Source of the DNA: a virus
Taxonomy: Duplodnaviria > Caudoviricetes
Length of the DNA: 30,506 nucleotides
Strand: one strand, 5' to 3'
Virus record (IMG/VR): IMGVR_UViG_3300020045_000159
Location: 1 to 30,506 of that record
Below the pieces are notes generated by a model, which was not told the DNA's origin, ran no database searches, and was given only the letters and a program-made list of their open reading frames with translations. Numbering within the stretch: the stretch's first letter is position 1; every line of letters begins with the position of its first letter. The position numbers and the translations under genes were made by a program. Shown here one piece after another: positions 1-8,089 of the stretch.

Positions 1-93
1 GCTTCTTCTGATTGGATTGATACATTAGAAAACGCAGGAGGTCCGTTAGGTATGCTTGGAGGTGCGTTAAATAGAGCAAAAAAGCACGAGTAA
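1..93 (+). other. Foreign-looking coding fragment at contig edge (ASSDWIDTLENAGGPLGMLGGALNRAK...), tape-measure-like; probable chimeric end
   Basis: Open + strand frame from nt 1 to TAA at 91-93, opposite to every other gene; joins directly to a 50-bp copy of internal sequence. Confidence 0.35.
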
Positions 94-1957
94 ATCTTGA
101 ATCAGTCAAGAAGCTCCCCTCAAATGGTATTGGCATAATTGCTTTAATCTTTACAATTCGTGCCTTTATATTGAAGATATTGTTAATGTAGTCATCGTAA
201 TAATTCGCATATAAAGTATTCGTTTCAATGAAATCAGTAAACGAGGACTGCTCTGCCCCAAAGTTTATTGTCCAATTGATGCCACTTATGTCGGTATCTT
301 GCCCAAATACATTATACGCTGATGCCGTAGTTGTTGAACTTCCATCATTAATTTTAAAAGATGTGGCAGTTACAGTACCATAATCGTAAAGCACAACAGG
401 CTTTGGAATGTAATTATCGAATCCAACCTTTAGCGAATATCCAACTTGTAAATCTGTACCACTAAATTTTTGAAATAGTAAGTTTTCGAATGGCACTTTA
501 ATTGTGTATTCGCCCCCATCGTTATTTAATTCGTAGTTTAAATCTCCGTATTCGTGATTGGCAAGACCTAAATATTGCTTGTTCATAAAGCTTTCGCTTG
601 GCTCATAGTTAAACCTAATTACCTTGTATGCCTTTTGTCTTTCAACATCTATTTCATCGGTAATTACATACTTCGTAATGTCCTTGATTGCACCAGCGTT
701 ATACCAATCTTCAATCTGCTCAATTCTAAAAACTGAATCTGAAGTTGAATAGCAAGTAAGATTGAACATTTTTAGAATACCAGTAAAGAATTCCTCTAAA
801 GTTATTTCGGGCATATAAGAAGCAATGTCCAAAATCGTTTCAGTCGTTTGACTTGTGCTTTGCGTTACCGTTACATCTGAAGTCGTTGTTGCTCCTACCT
901 TTGTTTCAAAGTAGTAAACCGAAGTATAAGTAACTGGAGAAGTTGCTGATATATGAAATGTGTATGCCCCCGATTCTCCCAATGGCACTTCTAAATACAT
1001 TGGCGAAGTTTGAGTAACATAGCTTTGCTCATTTAACTTTATCCCATTACGATATACATAAAATGTAAATGGTATTCCCGATGAAGTAAATGTAAATGTA
1101 ATATGGCTTTGGCTTAAATAAGCTGGAGCAATTGGCTTTGTATAAGTCAATGTATCAGTAAAGACATTAAACATCCCCTGCGTTCCAGTCGTAGAAGTAT
1201 TCGTTTGGAAATTAATTTTAGTTACCTTGAATTTTTCCGCAAATAGATCGGTATTCTTTAGCCACAAAAAAGCACGAGTAAATCTTGAATCAGTCAAGAA
1301 GCTCCCCTCAAATGTTAATCCTAAATTCAATGAAATTGCATCAAATATGCTTGCAATCTTCATGGCTGGGAATAAGTCAGAAGTATAAATTGGAGTTGCT
1401 GAATTAGATATATCCCAATTGCTTACCGCTGCACCGCCTCCGCCATATTGCCAAACATTCTTTGAAGAAATTAAGGGGAATTTAATCTCATTTGTAACCC
1501 CACCAGTTACACGATTTTTTACAACTGTACCATTATAAGTAAAGTTGTAAGCACTAAAATCAATATCCTTTAATTGCTTACCCGCAAACGCATCCTTTAG
1601 GCTAATCAAACTGCCAATGAAAGTCATTTGATAATTATCTACAACACCATTCTTGTATTGAGCTTTTTCTAATTGAATCTTACCAACCCTGAAAGGAATC
1701 GTATCCAATTCAATAAAAGCATCTACCCTTAATCTCGAATCAAATCCATTGTCAATGCTATTGTCATACCAATGCTTGAAGATTGAATTGTTATGCTCTG
1801 AGGCTGGTACAGTAAATGTTTGGCTAAAGTCTGTAAATACCTTAGCTATGTCGTTTACATCTTGGATTGAGCTTGTTATAGAAATTGTTTCATCGTTAAA
1901 CAACTCAAGCCGTTTAGCTATACCATCAACATAAATATAAATTCCAACTACTACCAT
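2..1957 (-). CDS. Large virion tail/baseplate protein, 3'-partial (absent from ORF track because no stop is reached; sequence below nt 127 probably not native)
   Basis: ATG at 1957 overlaps the upstream stop (TAATG); translates MVVGIYIYVDGIAKRLELFNDETISITSSIQDVNDIAKVFTDFSQTFTVPAS... and stays open to the edge; lies in the tail gene cluster. Confidence 0.8.
   Translation of the reverse strand, partial: MVVVGIYIYVDGIAKRLELFNDETISITSSIQDVNDIAKVFTDFSQTFTVPASEHNNSIFKHWYDNSIDNGFDSRLRVDAFIELDTIPFRVGKIQLEKAQYKNGVVDNYQMTFIGSLISLKDAFAGKQLKDIDFSAYNFTYNGTVVKNRVTGGVTNEIKFPLISSKNVWQYGGGGAAVSNWDISNSATPIYTSDLFPAMKIASIFDAISLNLGLTFEGSFLTDSRFTRAFLWLKNTDLFAEKFKVTKINFQTNTSTTGTQGMFNVFTDTLTYTKPIAPAYLSQSHITFTFTSSGIPFTFYVYRNGIKLNEQSYVTQTSPMYLEVPLGESGAYTFHISATSPVTYTSVYYFETKVGATTTSDVTVTQSTSQTTETILDIASYMPEITLEEFFTGILKMFNLTCYSTSDSVFRIEQIEDWYNAGAIKDITKYVITDEIDVERQKAYKVIRFNYEPSESFMNKQYLGLANHEYGDLNYELNNDGGEYTIKVPFENLLFQKFSGTDLQVGYSLKVGFDNYIPKPVVLYDYGTVTATSFKINDGSSTTTASAYNVFGQDTDISGINWTINFGAEQSSFTDFIETNTLYANYYDDYINNIFNIKARIVKIKAIMPIPFEGSFLTDSRFTRAFLLYLTHLQAYLTDLLRFLMYQSNQKK
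77..126. repeat. 50-bp exact direct repeat, copy 1 (copy 2 at 1265-1314)
   Basis: caaaaaagcacgagtaaatcttgaatcagtcaagaagctcccctcaaatg present at both positions, offset 1188 nt. Confidence 0.95.
1265..1314. repeat. 50-bp exact direct repeat, copy 2 (native position inside tail gene)
   Basis: Encodes FEGSFLTDSRFTRAFL within the minus-strand ORF starting at 1957. Confidence 0.95.
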
Positions 1958-3027
1958 TAAATCACATTGTTAATTAGGTTATAAGCGTATTCGAAGTCTA
2001 TCGTATAATTGATATTACGATCCATTAATGAAGTCTTTAAATTCGTACCTGTGGTTTTGCAATCAGCTGGCTTACCATTAAGTAAAATGGTTTCGGAAAG
2101 AATCAGGTCTTGAATCAAACCCGAGTAGTTCTCATTAACCCAACCTGTATTTAAAGTAACCGATTGGCTTCCGTTAATATTAAATGAGTTGCTTTGTGGT
2201 CTGCTTGTGTTGTAATTAATCGCATCAGGCATTGTTTTATAAGTCGTAGATTCAACGCTTATGCTATTGGTTTGAGCCTTAAAGAAATTAAGGAATTGCC
2301 AACCGCCATAACGATTGATAAACGAGCAAACAACTGGAGTGTATTTAGTTTCGCAAATTGGAATAACCCTAAAGGTTTTAGTCGAAGTTAGTACCGTTGC
2401 TGCATAATAATTAAGCGTTACCGTATTGCCATACTTATACTTTACCGAAGTTGTGCTTAAATCAATTGCAAGCATATCTTTTCTACTTGCATCTGTTACA
2501 TCTATCAAGGTAGCCGTTACCGCATTTCTGCCATTCAAGTCTTTATAAACCGCTTCAACTTTATCCCCCAATGTTGTATTGACTACCACATTTACAAATG
2601 GAATCTCGCCTAAAGTATATTGTATTTCTTTGGTCGTATCTGCAAGAACTACAAAAGCGTTAGAAGCATCTGTTTCGTTGTATCCATCTGAATACAAAGT
2701 ATAACCATTAACCCCCACATAAGTAGTCGTATCAAGCAAAGAATAAGTACCATAACTTGTTTCTTTGTATCGTTTTATGGAAACATTGCACCACATCGAA
2801 TTGGTGCTTTCAGTTGAAGCAATATTGTCAATATACTCACGAATAAAAGAAGATACATTGTATGAGTTTTCGGTCTGCGTTGCTGAAGCGTTTCTTTTAC
2901 TTAAAGTATAATTCGCAGTAGCAGGAATAGAAGCTGGCTTATTCCAAAGGAATATTTCAATCTTACTACCTACTTGCCCACTTTCATTTACTAATATGAA
3001 ATAAGGACTTCTTGCATTTATAATCAT
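1957..3027 (-). CDS. Putative virion structural (tail-associated) protein, 356 aa
   Basis: Long T/S/N/Y-rich ORF with FINRYGGW motif, translationally coupled on both sides within the tail cluster. Confidence 0.65.
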   Translation of the reverse strand: MIINARSPYFILVNESGQVGSKIEIFLWNKPASIPATANYTLSKRNASATQTENSYNVSSFIREYIDNIASTESTNSMWCNVSIKRYKETSYGTYSLLDTTTYVGVNGYTLYSDGYNETDASNAFVVLADTTKEIQYTLGEIPFVNVVVNTTLGDKVEAVYKDLNGRNAVTATLIDVTDASRKDMLAIDLSTTSVKYKYGNTVTLNYYAATVLTSTKTFRVIPICETKYTPVVCSFINRYGGWQFLNFFKAQTNSISVESTTYKTMPDAINYNTSRPQSNSFNINGSQSVTLNTGWVNENYSGLIQDLILSETILLNGKPADCKTTGTNLKTSLMDRNINYTIDFEYAYNLINNVI

Positions 3028-3554
3028 TTCGTTGTTGTTAAATTGTAATCCACCAAAGTATCAATGTCGGCAGCAAAAGAATTTATCATATCATTTTCTA
3101 CATACTTTTTGTATCCAGCTTGGAAAGGCTTAGTAAAAAACAAAGTTGATTCTAATCCCTTATGCCAAATGCTTCGAGTAATTAAAAAAGCCGTTGAATC
3201 GTAGCTTAAAAACTTCCCAGTTTTTTTATCTCGAAATTGAATGCCCCTTTGTTTAACCCATTTATTAATTCCTTTTGTTAATCCACCGTTACTCGTTTTA
3301 CCGAATCTAAATATTGAATTTGGTGCTTTGTTTCCGCTTGTCTTTCCTTTTACCCCTTGATCCAAGAATTGCCCATAATCGTTCATTCTAAATCCAACAA
3401 CCGCATAATTATCTTCAATCAAAATATCCCCTTTAATGGAGTTGTAAAGCGATTTGGTGTTATTGTGCTTTGTCTTGGTCAAGTTAGACCTTGATTGTTG
3501 CACCACATAATCACGATACCTCTTAACTAAAGCGTAAGTATTTTTTAATTCCAT
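3024..3554 (-). CDS. Putative neck/tail-completion protein (HK97 gp10-like), 176 aa
   Basis: Start re-assigned to ATG 3554 (TAATG overlap); basic protein with YGQFLDQGVKG and FFTKPF motifs; position. Confidence 0.5.
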   Translation of the reverse strand: MELKNTYALVKRYRDYVVQQSRSNLTKTKHNNTKSLYNSIKGDILIEDNYAVVGFRMNDYGQFLDQGVKGKTSGNKAPNSIFRFGKTSNGGLTKGINKWVKQRGIQFRDKKTGKFLSYDSTAFLITRSIWHKGLESTLFFTKPFQAGYKKYVENDMINSFAADIDTLVDYNLTTTK

Positions 3555-4009
3555 TAGCAAATGGTCATAGATTGAGGAATGCTTACATCGAATGTTAATG
3601 TCCAACCTGCAATCTTGTTTTCAAATCTATCTACAAAAGGCTCAAATGTTGGAGTGCCTGTTACTTGCACCAATTCATCGTATAATTCGCCACGAATTAA
3701 GTCCAAATATAATTTATTCGCCAATGATAATTGCGTATTTAGCACATCGTGTGTGTTATCATTCCCCTCAAATAGCGATACATTTGCTCCTTTGCTTTCA
3801 TCTACTACATCCATGAATAGAATAGACAAATTAAAGCCTAATGATTGCTCGCTTGGAGTTGCATTATTAACAATAATATGCGTTAAGGGGAATATCGTTT
3901 GCTTGTTTAAATCAATGTCGTAAATATCCCCAACAGATACCGAATTAATAAACCCAGTTGCATCTAAATAAGTCTTTAATCTGTGTACTAAGTAATAGTA
4001 TCCGTTCAT
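3554..4009 (-). CDS. Putative tail terminator protein, 151 aa
   Basis: Acidic ~150 aa protein, FPLTHI and AGWTLTFDV motifs, next to neck gene. Confidence 0.5.
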   Translation of the reverse strand: MNGYYYLVHRLKTYLDATGFINSVSVGDIYDIDLNKQTIFPLTHIIVNNATPSEQSLGFNLSILFMDVVDESKGANVSLFEGNDNTHDVLNTQLSLANKLYLDLIRGELYDELVQVTGTPTFEPFVDRFENKIAGWTLTFDVSIPQSMTIC

Positions 4010-4263
4010 TTTAATTGCTTGTTAATCATTTTCGCTTCTAAATCGTTCTTTTGCTTTTCAAATGTTAGCCAAGTAAGGCATTGATTTAAAGAAAGCTTGG
4101 TAATATCATCAAATCTTCTAACATCCCCTTGAGCAAGAGCATAGAGTGATGAATACCACCCCCATCTTTGTCCGAATTGCGATGCTTCAGAATACTCATT
4201 GCCTGCTTGTTGTTCTCCAAATAAGTCAATGTACTTTTCAGTAACTCGTTGCCTAAATGATAA
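4006..4263 (-). CDS. -1 frameshift extension of tail assembly chaperone (gpGT-like; fused product ~248 aa)
   Basis: Open -1 frame after U9 run: LSFRQRVTEKYIDLFG...FGQRWGWYSSLYALAQGDVRRFDDITKL...KQLK*; its TGA overlaps the next ATG (ATGA at 4009-4006). Confidence 0.75.
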   Translation of the reverse strand, partial: LSFRQRVTEKYIDLFGEQQAGNEYSEASQFGQRWGWYSSLYALAQGDVRRFDDITKLSLNQCLTWLTFEKQKNDLEAKMINKQLK

Positions 4264-4751
4264 AAAAAAACCCTCGCACCTAATACGACATCTAAGGGGG
4301 CATTTTTCATTACATCCGAATAGGCATCCGATCCCAAGTAAGGCTCGATAGTATATTTACCTCCAAGCTTTGCTTTAATTGGTCGATACAAAACTGCCAT
4401 TGCCTTATGCAATTCTTTCCATTCGTTAATGTATGTATCCAAATCCATGTACTCCCCTGAAGTAATATCTTCCATGTTGGGAATGAATCCAAACTCAACT
4501 CCACCAAGCTTAAAAGTCTTTATGAGCTTGTGGTCTTTATTGAACATATTTGTCAGGATGCCATTAATATCCAATATATCCTTGTATTTAATTTGAGGAA
4601 CAAGCTTTAAGTCTATTCCGCAAAATATCTCAATCATTTTATGTTGCAAGAATTCCGAATCTTCGTTTGATTCAGCAATCTTTAAAAACTTTTGATAGCG
4701 AGCCAATGGCACTTCGCTTAAATCCGTAGGAATTGTTATTTCTACTTTCAT
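4086..4751 (-). CDS. Putative tail assembly chaperone (gpG-like), 221 aa
   Basis: ORF containing slippery GTT TTT TTT TAT (4271-4260) with a coding-quality -1 frame downstream. Confidence 0.65.
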   Translation of the reverse strand: MKVEITIPTDLSEVPLARYQKFLKIAESNEDSEFLQHKMIEIFCGIDLKLVPQIKYKDILDINGILTNMFNKDHKLIKTFKLGGVEFGFIPNMEDITSGEYMDLDTYINEWKELHKAMAVLYRPIKAKLGGKYTIEPYLGSDAYSDVMKNAPLDVVLGARVFFYHLGNELLKSTLTYLENNKQAMSILKHRNSDKDGGGIHHSMLLLKGMLEDLMILPSFL

Positions 4752-4782
4752 AATTTATAAACGAGTTAAGTTTTTATTTGTT
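4752..4782 (-). promoter_or_regulatory. Putative phage late (ECF-type) promoter 1
   Basis: AACAA-N13-TCGTTTAT-N5-ATG, shared with 26941-26971 and 29954-29983. Confidence 0.65.
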
Positions 4783-4785
4783 ACT

Positions 4786-5996
4786 CTAATACACATAGTA
4801 TTGCCCTTTGTTGGGATTGTCTAAATGATGAATTACATTATACCTAATCCCATCAATTGCGTGATTATAAGCATCCACATACAAATTGCTTGACTTATTA
4901 CTGTAAATGTAATTGTTTAGCTCTTTAGCTATGTTTTTACTTTCAGGCTCAACAACAATTAAAAAGTCTTGCATCCGTAAAATGCCCGATTCTACTGTTC
5001 CTTTTTTAACCCCCTGAATATTTAACCTTGCAAATTCCAAGTCAGCTATCAATCGAGATTCCGCAGAGTCCGCTATTATAAGCTTGTTGCCACACTTTGT
5101 TTTTAATATCTCTGTTAATACATGGGTTTTTAGCCCATTTTGATAAATATGTTCTTTTACATAAATTATTTTCTTTTTCTTGTCAATAGCAACTTCGGAA
5201 AGGGCATCGGGATCGACAGAAAATCCGAAGTCTAACCCAAATGATGTTTGTAATCCATCGGGATTGAAATCGCCAAACTTCCAATTAGTAAATACTACCC
5301 CCTCTGCTTTGTCAAGCCATCCTCCAAGTATTGTATGTTGGAACTTCTTTGGATTGTTTTCCTTTAATGCTTCAATCTGATTCAAGAATGATTCAGAAAG
5401 GTATTCGGCATTATCTTGGTAAGTCGTATGGATATAAGTTGTATCGCCTTTGCTTGTTGATTGCCCAGCTTCTATACCCTTTTGCTCAAAGAACCGATTG
5501 TAAATGAAATGTTCCTTTGTTGTTGGATTTAGAATCAGTATAACCCTATTTTGTTTCTGCGAGTTACGCACCGACAAATCAATCTTATCAAATACATCTT
5601 CATCAACTAATTCTTCTGCCTCATCCAAGACAAATGTAGTTACCCCTGATAATGATTTAAGATTTGCCGTTTGTGTGCCTGACGAAGTCTTAATTCCCTT
5701 GAATAGAATCTTGCTACCTGTACGAAGATTTATTATTTCATCCTTTGTTATGCTGAAATCATTGTGCAATTCTGCCATCTCAATCTTCTCCACGAATTCG
5801 GGAATAATTGAGATGTGAGCCGAAGTTAATGTGTAACGAGTAAATAGTATTGTATGCCCTACTTCGTATGTTAGAAGCAAAATAAATGAGTTAAGGGCAA
5901 AGGATTTACCGCTCCCACTTATCGCCCCCCCGTTATAACGAAGTATCTGCTACTTTCGCTAAACAGGGGGATATATTTTTTATTGATTGTTATCAT
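4786..5996 (-). CDS. terL: Terminase large subunit (PBSX-type), interrupted by 5 extra nt (5921-5917) in Walker A; 401 aa if bypassed
   Basis: ATG 5996 overlaps terS stop (ATGA); MITINKKYIPLFSESSRYFVITGGR* then, in another frame, GSGKSFALN...; Walker B FVLDEAEE, ILILNP coupling motif, nuclease motifs GLDFGF..DP and NHAIDGIRY. Confidence 0.9.
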
Positions 5997-6253
5997 TTGA
6001 ATTTGACAATCTCTTTAATATCAAAGTCTTTAACCGTATGCGTAGTGTTTTGGTCAATCACTTGCTTAGGCATACCGAATTGATATTGAAAGAATAGCTT
6101 TACTGCCCATTCTTTCTCGCTTTCCAATGCATTTGTGAATGCTTCGAATGCTTTTGGCTCTAATGGCGTTAGCTTTTCAACTAACGATTGCTCCTCTGCC
6201 TTTGACTTACGACCTGCTCCCTCCCGTTTGCCTCCGTGTGATTTTGAATCCAT
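5993..6253 (-). CDS. terS: Terminase small subunit, 86 aa
   Basis: Start re-assigned to ATG 6253; HGGKREGAGRK motif; immediately upstream of and coupled to terL. Confidence 0.7.
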   Translation of the reverse strand: MDSKSHGGKREGAGRKSKAEEQSLVEKLTPLEPKAFEAFTNALESEKEWAVKLFFQYQFGMPKQVIDQNTTHTVKDFDIKEIVKFK

Positions 6254-6254
6254 C

Positions 6255-6617
6255 TTAATATTCGTTATAGATTCTGCGAATTTCCCCAATGTAATCCCTC
6301 CAACATGAAGCACAAGAAGTAGATTCTAAGTCCACATTGAAGATATTTTTATAAATGCTTGATAATTCCCTTTGAACTACTGGTGTAATTTGGCTTGGAT
6401 TAGTCGCAAAGAATGCTTTTAAGTAGCTATAATCTTCCTCATTCAAGCAATTAGGCTTCTTGTACGGAAAGATTTTGTTAAGCTTCTCCTTTCGTTCATC
6501 GCATCCGCAATCTAAACCCGTAATCTCGCTAAATAATTCAACTGCTTTTTTAATGCCAGTTGCTTCGGTAAGCAATTCAATCGTATCGCCTAACCCTTTT
6601 TGTTTTCTTTTTCCCAT
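6255..6617 (-). CDS. Hypothetical Cys-containing phage protein, 120 aa
   Basis: GLGDTIE...DCGCDERKEKLN..FPY and CASC motifs; coupled between sigma gene and terS. Confidence 0.7.
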   Translation of the reverse strand: MGKRKQKGLGDTIELLTEATGIKKAVELFSEITGLDCGCDERKEKLNKIFPYKKPNCLNEEDYSYLKAFFATNPSQITPVVQRELSSIYKNIFNVDLESTSCASCWRDYIGEIRRIYNEY

Positions 6618-7039
6618 TGTTTTATCTTTTCTTTACAATTTTTAATTGTGTTATAAACTGACATGAATCCGATATTGGTTCGCCTTGCTATTTCTCGCAT
6701 ACTTACCCCTGATTCAATCCAAAGCATGAATAGCTTCTTATCATACCAATCCCAAGTTTCAATGTAATCTTGGTAAGGTTTCGCAAGCTCAATGATATAT
6801 TCATCGTTCTCTTCTATTAACGAGTACTCAATCTCCTTTGTTATCTCTACTTTTTCAACTTTCTTTCGATGCAAGTCCATTGTAAGGGATCGAAGCGTGA
6901 AGTAGAAGTAAGCATGATTAATTTCCTTTCCGTAAACTTTAATGTATGCCTCTTGCACAACATCTTCAGCGTATCGTTGTTCGCCAAACTTCTCTACCAC
7001 TCGAATCCAATGCTTATGCTTTGAGTATATGTGATTCAT
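6590..7039 (-). CDS. ECF-like RNA polymerase sigma factor (probable late-gene activator), 149 aa
   Basis: Region 2-like AEDVVQEAYIKV and region 4 HTH GVSMREIARRTNIGFMSVYNTIK. Confidence 0.75.
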   Translation of the reverse strand: MNHIYSKHKHWIRVVEKFGEQRYAEDVVQEAYIKVYGKEINHAYFYFTLRSLTMDLHRKKVEKVEITKEIEYSLIEENDEYIIELAKPYQDYIETWDWYDKKLFMLWIESGVSMREIARRTNIGFMSVYNTIKNCKEKIKQWEKENKKG

Positions 7040-7215
7040 CGTAGTTTATAAAGTTCTTCAACTGTGAGCTTCCAGTAGATTCGGTCATCTTCTTTTAACC
7101 GATTCTCCATAATCAACTCACAAATAAGTAAAGCCAATTCAATAGCGTTTGCCCTATCTCTACAAAAGAAGTTCGCATGGTTACAAAGGAAAGCTGCCCT
7201 TTCATCAGGTTTCAT
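7036..7215 (-). CDS. Small hypothetical protein, 59 aa (distant MTPKEKA-family member)
   Basis: Hand-translated MKPDERAAFLCNHANFF...ALLICELI...YWKLTVEELYKLR*; ATGA overlaps at both ends. Confidence 0.7.
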   Translation of the reverse strand: MKPDERAAFLCNHANFFCRDRANAIELALLICELIMENRLKEDDRIYWKLTVEELYKLR

Positions 7216-7334
7216 AATTTCTTTGATTCTTTATAAATTCTCCAACCCATATATGCTATAAACGAAATTTCCATGATTCCGATTATGATGCCCTCTAAAA
7301 TAAGCTGATTATCCTCTGAATTTTGATAGTTCAT
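7212..7334 (-). CDS. Small membrane protein, ~40 aa
   Basis: Hand-translated MNYQNSEDNQLILEGIIIGIMEISFIAYMGWRIYKESKKL*; one hydrophobic segment; fills gap, ATGA coupling downstream. Confidence 0.5.
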   Translation of the reverse strand: MNYQNSEDNQLILEGIIIGIMEISFIAYMGWRIYKESKKL

Positions 7335-7536
7335 GATTCAAATACCAAATGGCTTTTTCTAAATCCTGTTTCTTGTTGCCTTTCTTGTCTGCCCTCAAGA
7401 TGTACTTGATTGCATTCCCCAACTCAAAGTTTAATGAGTAGTCGTTAATAATATCAATCACTTCAAAGGTCTTGCCTTGATAATGTGCTGGCGAATTAAC
7501 CATAGGATTTAAATCATCTTCATCCCATTCCAACAT
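7309..7536 (-). CDS. DUF3310 (SaV-like) family protein
   Basis: VNSPAHY...EVIDII...FELGNAIKYILRADKK...DLEKAIWYL signature; start uncertain. Confidence 0.8.
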   Translation of the reverse strand: MLEWDEDDLNPMVNSPAHYQGKTFEVIDIINDYSLNFELGNAIKYILRADKKGNKKQDLEKAIWYLNHELSKFRG

Positions 7537-7543
7537 AAATTTT

Positions 7544-7888
7544 TTAGAATTCGATTTTGGTAATCCCATAACTTTTAAGTAAAATATTTAGTTGCGTGTT
7601 TAACCCCTCGTGTTTAATTTCATCCATATCTGACATCTCAATTCCAACTCTGAATAGCTTAATCATTATGTTCCCAGCTTCAATGTGTTGATCTACTGCT
7701 TCTGCCGATGCTTCCTTTGAGTAAAGCTTATCGGTAATTGATTCAAGCTCCTTTAATACTGCATTGCTTTTAAATTTAAGGCTTTGCTTGTTAAAGATGT
7801 TTCTTCTAAAGTCATTGTCTATGTGATCTATTAATGCGTTGGTCAAGCCAGCGTAAATTACAATTGTTTCTCGTTCAGTTAGTTTCAT
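7544..7888 (-). CDS. Hypothetical protein, 114 aa
   Basis: ORF track; co-oriented, A-rich start context. Confidence 0.7.
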   Translation of the reverse strand: MKLTERETIVIYAGLTNALIDHIDNDFRRNIFNKQSLKFKSNAVLKELESITDKLYSKEASAEAVDQHIEAGNIMIKLFRVGIEMSDMDEIKHEGLNTQLNILLKSYGITKIEF

Positions 7889-7970
7889 ATTTGATTTGTT
7901 TAAAGTTTCGATGTCTTTCCATCAGTCACATTTTTATTTCAGTTCGTAAACTATGGTAATGACACCATTG

Positions 7971-8039
7971 TAGTCAGGACAGTTCCGAACTGCATCTCTG
8001 TGCTACAATGCACAGGCGTTACCTTACGCTACGCTGACT
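7971..8039 (-). ncRNA. tRNA-like element B (degenerate cloverleaf)
   Basis: AGTCAG(C)G/CCTGACT acceptor, GCGT-AAGGTA-ACGC D arm, CTGTGC-ATTGTA-GCACAG arm, GCAG-TTCGGAA-CTGT T-like arm. Confidence 0.6.
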
Positions 8040-8089
8040 ATATTTGCACTTCCTTTTAGATTTGTTGTCCAGTGCTAACCATTCCGAAG

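Noticed and set aside
77-1314. Diversity-generating retroelement TR/VR pair
   Set aside because: The two 50-bp copies are identical with no adenine-specific mismatches, and no reverse transcriptase is present in the window
5917-5921. Stop-codon reassignment or group I intron explaining the terL break
   Set aside because: Read-through of TAA would stay out of frame; all three stops terminate genes normally elsewhere; 5 nt cannot hold a self-splicing intron, although a collapsed or lost element cannot be excluded
7905-7928. Hammerhead ribozyme (CTGATGG...GAAAC)
   Set aside because: Core deviates from CUGANGA and no convincing stems I and III were found
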